Program-made: the position numbers and the translations under genes
IMG/VR virus record: IMGVR_UViG_3300009661_000071
Span: 1-32,071 of that record
Direction: 5' to 3' (one strand)
Length of the DNA: 32,071 nucleotides
From: a virus
Lineage: Duplodnaviria; Caudoviricetes
In this document: positions 25,509 through 32,071 of the stretch, one piece after another
Position numbering within the stretch: position 1 is the first letter of the stretch
How the letters are laid out: each line of letters begins with the position of its first letter
The notes under the pieces: generated by a model
Told to the model about the DNA's origin: nothing
Databases searched by the model: none
What the model saw: the letters and a program-made list of their open reading frames with translations, nothing else

Positions 25509-27776
25509 TCAACTACTGATGGCTAGCCCAGGTGATGTTGGTTGGTTTCGAATCATATCCTTCATCTTGCTACGCCCATCATCAATGATTACATCAAAAC
25601 CCGCACTATCCATGAGAGAGTTAGGGTTATTAATTATCTGATTTTCGATGGGATCTCCTTCACTCGTAGAGTTATTGACAGAACTCCAAGGGACGGCGGG
25701 GCCGTCCGGTAAGGTCAAAACCTCCTGGGTTTCGCGTATATCTTCGGCGGGTTGCGTCTTGAGTTTGGCGACAATCGTCCATGTTTTAAGACGGGTACAA
25801 ACGCGGGAATCCTCGCCCAGACGCGGCGAGAAAATACCGAAAATCTTCTCTACGATTTCGCCGTAAGCATTCGGCTTGTCAGCGTCGTGGTAAGCCAGGC
25901 GCACAGCGTAACTTTCGCGGGGAATGAGCACGCCGCCCTGTCTCATGATGTAGGTAGCAAAACAACCTGCATCCGCCGCCGCCATTACCGCGTCCATTTC
26001 AGGGTCAGATAACAGGCGCTGGCCGCGCTTATACCCGCGCGACTTAATCAGTTCAGCTTGCAGCGCATTATTCAGTTTGCGCAGTTCCCGCCATACCGTG
26101 ACCGGTGGTGTGCCGATTGGCTGGTACTGACGGATGCGGTGACGGGATGCCCAGGCCATTGCCAGGCGTGCAGTTTCTTTCAGTGGCTTGCCGGTTTCAT
26201 GGTCTTTTTCGCCGTCCAGTGCGTAACCGTCGATATTCTTCGAAATGTATTTCGCTATATAAGCGGTTGCGCTGCCTTTCTTAGGGTCTAAGCGTTTGGC
26301 CGTAAAGCGGGCGCCGGTGCGTTTACCCAGTTCGGCGCGGTCTTCTTTGACGGCATAACCGCGCATGATGCTGGTGATCGTGTTGCGTTCTTCTGGGCGC
26401 ATAAACAGCAAAAGATGCCAATGCGGTGTTTCGTCGTGGTGTGGCTCGGCCACACGGAAACCGTAAATCCGCAAGCCTTCCCGCCCCAGCTTCGAACCGA
26501 TGCGGCTCCAAAGATTGGTAAGGTATTTTTGCGCCTGCTTAACGTCGCTGTGATTCCATTTCGGGTTAGCGTGGCCGCTGGCATTCGTGGCGTGGTATTT
26601 CGACGGGCAGGTGATGGTATAAAAAACGCCGACGTCGCCACGTGACTGGGCGACAAATTCTATGCCTTTCATGCGGGCCATAAGTTCGTGACGACGGATC
26701 GCCGGATTACTGATACTGGCATCGACCATTGATTCCAGAGATACGCGGTTCCCTTCGTCGTCCTCCAGTTCGTGTGATTTAAAAAACTCACGGTTTTTCC
26801 TGCGTTGCTCCAGCCAGTCGGCCAGCGCGTCGCGGCTGATGTAGGGCGTGGCCCTTTTGTGAACATTGCCCATAGCGCGGAGTTGGTTTTCCCTCCAGTC
26901 GCCACGCAGCCGCCACAATTGGCGCTCCCACCAGTCTGGGTTAATCATGCGAGCCATAGCTGACACGAAAACAGCACGGTCAAGCGGTTCAGGCGGCAGT
27001 TCAGGCGGATTGAATAACGGGCTGATTACCTTCCAGAACGGTGGCCGCACGCGCAACGCGTGAACCTCCACGGCCATATGACGATAAATAAATAACAGTT
27101 CAGCGTCAGGAAGGGCGGCGGCGTTACCACCGCGTTCGTCTATGGCCGTCGTGAACATTTCATTCAGACGCCCGGCGATTTCGTTACCCAGCGTTTTGAC
27201 TCTGGATTTAGAGAACTCAGCCAGGTGGCAATATGACGGGCGGTAATACGCGATGAATTCGGAGTCGTGGCCGGTGCTGACGCCGTGGTATTTACGGACG
27301 GCCTCCAGGCGCAACAATGCATTCTTGATGGTGCCCATCAAAAACGCATTGGTGTGCTTAGTCCCGCGATTATTGCGAAGCCAGGCTATTTTTTTTTCAA
27401 AGGAGGCGCGGATAAAAAACGGCTGTTCATGGAAACGTGCTTCGACACCTTCAGGTGATTTTGACCATGTAGACTGTTCGCGCTCATATGCGCTTCGCTC
27501 GGCAGCTGCGCGGGCTTGAAGCAGATCGCGCAATACCGTGCTGATTTCGTCAAATTCTTGTACGCCTTTTTTTTCCAGGCGTTTGAGGTGAGCAACAACG
27601 GCGGGATGCTGTTCAACAGGCAAGGTGGCAATAACCGGCGATGGTACTTTGTCTACGCCAATCGCTTTTAAAGGGGCATTCCACGTATAAACCCCAGCGA
27701 ATGTGTCAGCATTGCCGGGGTATACAGGTGGTGGACTGGGGGCCGTGCGGCCCCTGTCGTTAGTTTTATTGTTAAT
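25509..27776 (-). CDS. A: Rolling-circle replication initiator, P2 gpA family
   Basis: FYTITCPSKYH, HUH motif EPHHDETPHWH, catalytic AYIAKYISKNIDG; frame open 51 codons upstream of the track start (27623) to an ATT at 27776; start uncertain. Confidence 0.93.
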   Translation of the reverse strand: MNNKTNDRGRTAPSPPPVYPGNADTFAGVYTWNAPLKAIGVDKVPSPVIATLPVEQHPAVVAHLKRLEKKGVQEFDEISTVLRDLLQARAAAERSAYEREQSTWSKSPEGVEARFHEQPFFIRASFEKKIAWLRNNRGTKHTNAFLMGTIKNALLRLEAVRKYHGVSTGHDSEFIAYYRPSYCHLAEFSKSRVKTLGNEIAGRLNEMFTTAIDERGGNAAALPDAELLFIYRHMAVEVHALRVRPPFWKVISPLFNPPELPPEPLDRAVFVSAMARMINPDWWERQLWRLRGDWRENQLRAMGNVHKRATPYISRDALADWLEQRRKNREFFKSHELEDDEGNRVSLESMVDASISNPAIRRHELMARMKGIEFVAQSRGDVGVFYTITCPSKYHATNASGHANPKWNHSDVKQAQKYLTNLWSRIGSKLGREGLRIYGFRVAEPHHDETPHWHLLLFMRPEERNTITSIMRGYAVKEDRAELGKRTGARFTAKRLDPKKGSATAYIAKYISKNIDGYALDGEKDHETGKPLKETARLAMAWASRHRIRQYQPIGTPPVTVWRELRKLNNALQAELIKSRGYKRGQRLLSDPEMDAVMAAADAGCFATYIMRQGGVLIPRESYAVRLAYHDADKPNAYGEIVEKIFGIFSPRLGEDSRVCTRLKTWTIVAKLKTQPAEDIRETQEVLTLPDGPAVPWSSVNNSTSEGDPIENQIINNPNSLMDSAGFDVIIDDGRSKMKDMIRNQPTSPGLAISS
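25668..25697 (-). other. Replication origin (gpA nick site) inside gene A
   Basis: - strand GCCGTCCCTTGGAGTTCTGTCAATAACTCT closely matches the P2/186 ori (CCTCG^GAGT(C/T)CTGTCAATAAC). Confidence 0.8.
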
Positions 27777-27853
27777 AGTGTATCCTCAGATTCGCTGATT
27801 TTTGGATGCAGAAAGCCTGACGCGTGAGCGCCTATATAAAAAAATCGGTTGGT

Positions 27854-28174
27854 TTAAATATCTAGAATTCGGTCAGACGCCGAAATGTAATTAGGTAGTG
27901 CGTGCCCCCATTTGGACAGGCTATTCATTGAGTCGATTATCATTTCCCGCTGATATTCGCTGAAATCTTCGAAAGGTTTTCCGATATCAGACGGGGTAAA
28001 TAGTTTGGCTTTCCGGCGGTTTGATAACGTCAGCACAACAAATTTAAAATCATCACTTGCCGTATTGAACCGACGCAATGCAATATTTTCATGACGTTTA
28101 AAAAGTTTGCGGGCCGTTATCTGGAATTCTTTAAACGGTAACGGGGCAACATGCTGATTATTTGAAGCCTGCAT
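27854..28174 (-). CDS. Early-operon conserved protein (possibly DUF5347-like)
   Basis: 106 aa from the ATG at 28174 with SD GGAGG; KPFEDFSEYQREMIIDSMN motif; lies between the fil-like gene and A. Confidence 0.6.
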   Translation of the reverse strand: MQASNNQHVAPLPFKEFQITARKLFKRHENIALRRFNTASDDFKFVVLTLSNRRKAKLFTPSDIGKPFEDFSEYQREMIIDSMNSLSKWGHALPNYISASDRILDI

Positions 28175-28192
28175 AAATCCTCCTGCCATAAA

Positions 28193-28417
28193 CTACGCGA
28201 AAATACCCATCAACCGGGCGAACCAACGACGTTTATTTTGAGGGCGGGACATGAAAGGTAGACGCCGGCCGATTACGAATTGCACATCTGTAGCTTTAGG
28301 CTGGAAGAAACGACCGTCTGGGGTTTCAATCCATCCGCGCTGGTGAGCACGATGCGTAACTTGCTGGCCTTTGGTCAGCATATTAGCCAGGGAAGGGCAC
28401 TGGATTAGTTCCATCAT
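28193..28417 (-). CDS. Fil-like (DUF2724-type) early protein
   Basis: PSLANML...GWIETPDGRFFQP resembles the phage 186 Fil family; TAATG coupling to the upstream gene. Confidence 0.65.
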   Translation of the reverse strand: MMELIQCPSLANMLTKGQQVTHRAHQRGWIETPDGRFFQPKATDVQFVIGRRLPFMSRPQNKRRWFARLMGIFA

Positions 28418-28671
28418 TAAGCCTCGTCGAAAATAACGGTGAAAGGTTCGGGCATTCTGTGTGACTTGCTCCAAAGTTCCGCTGTTGCACTCAGTGTTAC
28501 GGCCTCTGCGCTGCCTGCGTAAGCGGCGGCTGCGGCAATGTCACGCAGCTTTTCACAGGCCCAGTAGATTTCGCTTTCTGAGTGTGCCGGTGCTTTTACG
28601 GTCGCAACTAACTGGCGACGTTCGTACATGTTCAGAACTTTGTTACCAGCTGCGAGAAATGGGGTACGCAT
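28417..28671 (-). CDS. Hypothetical early protein (84 aa)
   Basis: ATG at 28671 with SD GGAG; translationally coupled to the next gene. Confidence 0.65.
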   Translation of the reverse strand: MRTPFLAAGNKVLNMYERRQLVATVKAPAHSESEIYWACEKLRDIAAAAAYAGSAEAVTLSATAELWSKSHRMPEPFTVIFDEA

Positions 28672-28808
28672 ATTGATCTCCATCAATTTTAAAAGATGCC
28701 GAGATATAGCCTGCACCCGGCACGTTTTCCCTGTGATAACATAGGCATGCCTGTGAAACTTTCGAGAGCAGAGCAGGCACAACATTTACCAACAGAAAAG
28801 GAATATCT

Positions 28809-29060
28809 ATGGATAGCCAACAAATGAGGGAATTCCTCAACACAGCTGAAGAATCCCGCAAAAAGCATTCGACAGGTGACAGGCTTTTCGCACTTGAAGT
28901 TATGGTTTGCGCAATTGGCGCCTCACTTGAAGGCAGCAGCAGAGAGAGTTTTTTGAAAACTATGAATTCTTTCTCTACGACTCTTGATCCAATGAAAGAC
29001 TCTACGGTCAAAGCAATTGCAGATCTGAATGTTTTAAGCTCAGATTTTATCGACCTGTAA
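28809..29060 (+). CDS. Hypothetical protein (83 aa), oriented against the early operon
   Basis: SD AAGGA 5 nt before the ATG; extended -10-like TGATAACAT at 28734-28742; fills a gap on the - strand. Confidence 0.65.
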   Translation: MDSQQMREFLNTAEESRKKHSTGDRLFALEVMVCAIGASLEGSSRESFLKTMNSFSTTLDPMKDSTVKAIADLNVLSSDFIDL

Positions 29061-29507
29061 ACCTTTCCAATTAACATTTAGACCGGAAATAAACTCCTCT
29101 AATTGTTGCTTAATAACAGCCTCTTTTTCGAGGCTGTTCATTCCCCAAGTATCAATCGTGTAATGAATGTTTCCCGCATGGGCACCATGAAAATAGAGTT
29201 TTTGGCAATTGGGGATTTTATTATCAGTTTGTTTTGTATTATCCATTTTTATCTCCGAGGATATTTTATTTGAATCTGCTGGTGTCTTTGTTAGTCGGAA
29301 TTTATTTAACCGCATTGAATTCATATGCAACAAACCATCAATGTACCCAGTCGCCTGGGCCTGCGCGTCGAATAACCCGAAAGATTGCTCGCCGAGTGTG
29401 ACCTCATAACGGGCAATCTTGCTGATAACCGTTTTCGGGCGGCGGGTAATGATGAAGCCGCGATAAATGGATGAATGGCGGCTTAGTTCTTGAATTGAAT
29501 AGTGCAT
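29040..29507 (-). CDS. Early protein, N-terminal half DUF4761-like; possibly two fused ORFs
   Basis: ELSRHSSIYRGFII...ATGYID motif directly after cox; in-frame internal ATG at 29246 with SD GGAG. Confidence 0.6.
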   Translation of the reverse strand: MHYSIQELSRHSSIYRGFIITRRPKTVISKIARYEVTLGEQSFGLFDAQAQATGYIDGLLHMNSMRLNKFRLTKTPADSNKISSEIKMDNTKQTDNKIPNCQKLYFHGAHAGNIHYTIDTWGMNSLEKEAVIKQQLEEFISGLNVNWKGLQVDKI

Positions 29508-29510
29508 CGC

Positions 29511-29852
29511 TTAAACCGCGCATGTATTCAGTGATGAAACGCCGAGATCGCTTGCAAAACTTTCAGCTTTTTTTATCCATTGCTTACGCCATTCGTGACG
29601 CTCAGGCGGCCGCTGATTAGTCGCTTCAAAAACCATTTCTTCCCACTCATTCCAGAGGATAAGTAATCGCCTGGTGCTGCCTGGGTGTTCACCTGAAGCC
29701 CCAATGATTTCACGCTCTGTCACCAGTGGTAATTGGCGGCGGTCAATCATGTGCCTTACCGCTGATTCAGTTTTACCCGTACGACGGGCAAATTCAGCTG
29801 CTGTAACGGGGTCAGGGATCTTAAACAACTTCCTCAATTCTGCTTCATTCAT
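29511..29852 (-). CDS. cox: Cox/Apl-family repressor and excisionase
   Basis: DPVTAAEFARRTGKTESAVRHMIDRRQLP winged HTH; divergent from C; start re-assigned to 29852 (SD GGGAG). Confidence 0.88.
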   Translation of the reverse strand: MNEAELRKLFKIPDPVTAAEFARRTGKTESAVRHMIDRRQLPLVTEREIIGASGEHPGSTRRLLILWNEWEEMVFEATNQRPPERHEWRKQWIKKAESFASDLGVSSLNTCAV

Positions 29853-29946
29853 ATGATATTCTCCCAAGTTGGGGTATTACTCAAAAGTATACCCCTTTAC
29901 GTGACTGATATTGGCAATAATGCCCCCAACATTTGAGAAATGCAAT
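29853..29946. promoter_or_regulatory. Lysis-lysogeny switch: early promoter Pe and candidate operators
   Basis: - strand TTGCAT (29945-29940)-N17-CATTAT (29922-29917); 16-bp imperfect inverted pair at 29859-29874 and 29924-29939. Confidence 0.6.
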
Positions 29947-30249
29947 ATGAAAATCACAATTGGTGAGAAGCTGAAAATTATGAGAGAAAGCGAAAGGATA
30001 ACCAGTAGGGTGGAAGCTGCTGAAATGCTTGGTATTCCTAGTAATGCCTTGTGGCGTTATGAGGAGGATAAAACAATTCCTAACGCTCAGGTAGTGACTG
30101 ATATCCTCAATCACCCTCTGTTTGAAAAGTACACGCTGTGGTTTATGACCGGTAAGATTGCTCCGGAATCCGGACAAATCGCACCGGCTCTCGCACACTT
30201 TGGGCAAGACAAAACAGAATCATCTGCTTCCGTAAGGAAAATTGGCTAA
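29947..30249 (+). CDS. Immunity repressor, P2 C-like XRE HTH
   Basis: IGEKLKIMRESE...HTH...FEKYTLWFMTG...PESGQIAPAL; 100 aa, no peptidase domain. Confidence 0.88.
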   Translation: MKITIGEKLKIMRESERITSRVEAAEMLGIPSNALWRYEEDKTIPNAQVVTDILNHPLFEKYTLWFMTGKIAPESGQIAPALAHFGQDKTESSASVRKIG

Positions 30250-30315
30250 GCATATATAGAGATTATGTTCGCCTTACAGGTAAACGTATGGTGTGCAGAA
30301 CCGGAGGGCGAAATC

Positions 30316-31335
30316 ATGTCGATTAAAACGCTCAACGGTGGACGTTACAAAGTGGATTTACGACCTCAAGGAACCGCAGGACGGCGCGTTCAGAGGGTTT
30401 TTGATAAAAAAGCCGATGCCGTGGCTTTTGAAAAATACGTGCTGGCGAATTTCCATAATAAGGAATGGATGGCAAAACCTACAGATGCTAGGCGTTTATC
30501 TGACCTTATCGAACCTTGGTGGGAATTCCACGGTCGCAATTTGGGGTTCGGCCAAAAACGGAAAAGGGCGTTACAGCGTCTTGCGAGCGGGATGGGAGAT
30601 CCATTGGTGATTAAGCTTGATAAAAATCTGCTGCTCAAATACCGCTCCGAAAGGCTTTTTCAGGGCGTTAAGGCATCCACCATCAATAGAGATATGACAG
30701 TGTTGAGTGGGATGTTTAATGTTCTGATAGAGGCTGGCAATTTTCACGGTGAGCATCCAATGAGGTCCATCAAGCCCATCAAGGAAAAGAACGTAGAAAT
30801 GACCTACCTGACTTCAGAAGAAATCAGCAGGTTACTCGACGCGCTAAAAGATGACTCTGACGCTTATCGCTTAACAATCCTGTGTCTCAGTACGGGCGCG
30901 CGATGGGGTGAAGCCACTAAGCTTAAGGCTGAAAATATTATGAATTGCAGAGTTACCTTTATCGAAACCAAGAACGGCCATAAGCGGACGGTGCCTGTTT
31001 CTTCTTTGGTTCAGGAGACTGTTAAAAATGCTAAGAAAGGGCCGCTATTTGGCGTGACCTATGCCAAGTATCGTGAAATGCTGCGTGCGATCAAACCTGA
31101 TTTGCCGAGAGGGCAATCAGTGCACGTACTTAGGCATACCTTTGCAGCGCATTTTATGATGAACGGAGGGAATATAATTTCACTCCAAAGGATATTAGGG
31201 CATGCCAGCATTCAGCAAACTATGACTTATGCGCATCTTGCTCCAGACTACTTACAGGATGCTACGGCGTTAAATCCCTTGCGCGGAGGCATCCACATTT
31301 CATCCACTTTATCGGGTTTTGACGGCGAACCCTGA
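30316..31335 (+). CDS. int: Phage integrase (tyrosine recombinase)
   Basis: STGARWGE, TKNG, HVLRHTFA, LGH...TMTYAHL catalytic motifs; start re-assigned to the ATG at 30316 (SD GGAGG). Confidence 0.96.
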   Translation: MSIKTLNGGRYKVDLRPQGTAGRRVQRVFDKKADAVAFEKYVLANFHNKEWMAKPTDARRLSDLIEPWWEFHGRNLGFGQKRKRALQRLASGMGDPLVIKLDKNLLLKYRSERLFQGVKASTINRDMTVLSGMFNVLIEAGNFHGEHPMRSIKPIKEKNVEMTYLTSEEISRLLDALKDDSDAYRLTILCLSTGARWGEATKLKAENIMNCRVTFIETKNGHKRTVPVSSLVQETVKNAKKGPLFGVTYAKYREMLRAIKPDLPRGQSVHVLRHTFAAHFMMNGGNIISLQRILGHASIQQTMTYAHLAPDYLQDATALNPLRGGIHISSTLSGFDGEP

Positions 31336-31420
31336 AACCCCATAATTGGATAACTGTATGAATTTAAGCGTAATCGCTTATTCTAGCTGGTAAGATTAGG
31401 CCCGTAAATCAGGCCTTTAA
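31290..31420. other. Putative int-proximal attachment region
   Basis: Tandem CATCCACATTT/CATCCACTTT (31290-31310), like P2 arm sites; IHF-like TAACTGTATGAAT (31351-31363); short inverted repeats at 31365-31380 and 31398-31416; core not confirmable without the second copy. Confidence 0.5.
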
Positions 31421-31434
31421 ATCTGGAGGTTAAA

Positions 31435-32071
31435 GTGAAAATAAAAAAAACACTCAGCTTATTAGCTGGCCCAACAATTTTAATCCTTGCCCTACTGCCA
31501 CTACGTAGTTTTTCGAGTGAATACATTCATTCTCACTATCATAAACATAGTAAACACAATAACAACTCACCATCAATGAATGGCGACGCTAATGGTGGTA
31601 AAGGTGGTGATGGCGGTAGTGGTAATAATTCTTCCGGAGGTCGAGGTGGAGACGGTGGTGTCAATGGAGGCAATGGTGGTAACGGAGAAAATGGTGGTAA
31701 CAAAAATAATTCACCTGGAAGAAATGGGGTTGATGGACACAATGGCATTAATGGTCAGAACGGTTCTGATAAAACTTATCCCATAGATTATAAACTAGAC
31801 CAAAAGCCACCCAATAATTCAGGAATGATTTTTACTGCTGATGGTGGGAATGGTGTGAATGGTGGCAACGGGGGTAACGGTCCGAATGGCGGGAATGGAG
31901 GAAATGGAGGAAATGGAGGAAATGGAGGAAATGCAGGGAGCGGAGATGGATCTAATGGAGGAAATGGGGGGAACGGCGGACAGAATGGAGCCAATGGGGG
32001 AAATGGCGGAGACGGTGGTAGCGGTTCTAACTCATCAGGGGGAGATGGCGGGGATGGGGGTAACGGACAAA
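31435..32071 (+). CDS. Secreted glycine-rich (GGN/GGD repeat) protein, 3' end beyond window
   Basis: Translated by hand: GTG start with SD TGGAGG; signal-peptide-like MKIKKTLSLLAGPTILILALLPLRSFS; His-rich patch; then GGx repeats; no stop in 212 codons. Confidence 0.85.
   Translation, partial: MKIKKTLSLLAGPTILILALLPLRSFSSEYIHSHYHKHSKHNNNSPSMNGDANGGKGGDGGSGNNSSGGRGGDGGVNGGNGGNGENGGNKNNSPGRNGVDGHNGINGQNGSDKTYPIDYKLDQKPPNNSGMIFTADGGNGVNGGNGGNGPNGGNGGNGGNGGNGGNAGSGDGSNGGNGGNGGQNGANGGNGGDGGSGSNSSGGDGGDGGNGQ
31894..31929 (+). repeat. Perfect 9-bp tandem repeat (AATGGAGGA)x4 encoding (NGG)4
   Basis: Read directly from the sequence. Confidence 0.9.

Larger units (their letters stand above)
1..31400. 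mobile_element. P2-like temperate prophage (HP1/K139-type morphogenesis module, P2-type C/Cox switch); left att not seen in window
   Basis: Ordered set of tail, lysis, head, terminase, portal, ogr, rep A, cox, C and integrase genes; boundaries approximate. Confidence 0.95.

Noticed and set aside
28643-29077. 144-aa - strand ORF
   Set aside because: TTG/alternative-start ORF antisense to the 83-aa + strand ORF, which has a clearer SD and promoter; also overlaps both neighbours
31336-31434. tRNA/tmRNA fragment as integration target
   Set aside because: No T-arm (GTTCGA) or CCA-type 3' end visible
31539-31994. Pro-rich - strand ORFs and the Val/Met-rich + strand ORF 31580-31786
   Set aside because: Alternative-frame artefacts of the Gly-rich gene starting at 31435
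1-32071. CRISPR array, rRNA or IS element
   Set aside because: No regularly spaced repeat-spacer array, rRNA-like sequence or transposase ORF seen

Overview
Positions 1 to about 31,400 are a nearly complete P2-like (Peduoviridae) prophage with an HP1/K139-type morphogenesis layout. On the - strand it has tail and baseplate genes, a lysis cassette inside the tail operon, and head genes. Terminase ATPase, portal and ogr are on the + strand, followed by the early operon (cox to rep A, - strand), a short P2-type C repressor and a tyrosine integrase. The most interesting part is an AT-rich cassette of about 3.2 kb between ogr and the replication origin in gene A, the known P2 anti-phage hotspot. 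It encodes a NACHT (NLR-like STAND) NTPase with no recognisable effector domain and, convergently, a two-TM putative Abi (putAbiC-like) protein. The ORF track misses several features: a -1 frameshifted tail chaperone extension, an ATT-initiated N-terminal extension of rep A, a 47-aa ORF at the left edge, and a secreted Gly-Gly-Asn-rich protein starting 100 bp after the integrase. Family assignments come from motif recognition and gene order, not database searches.
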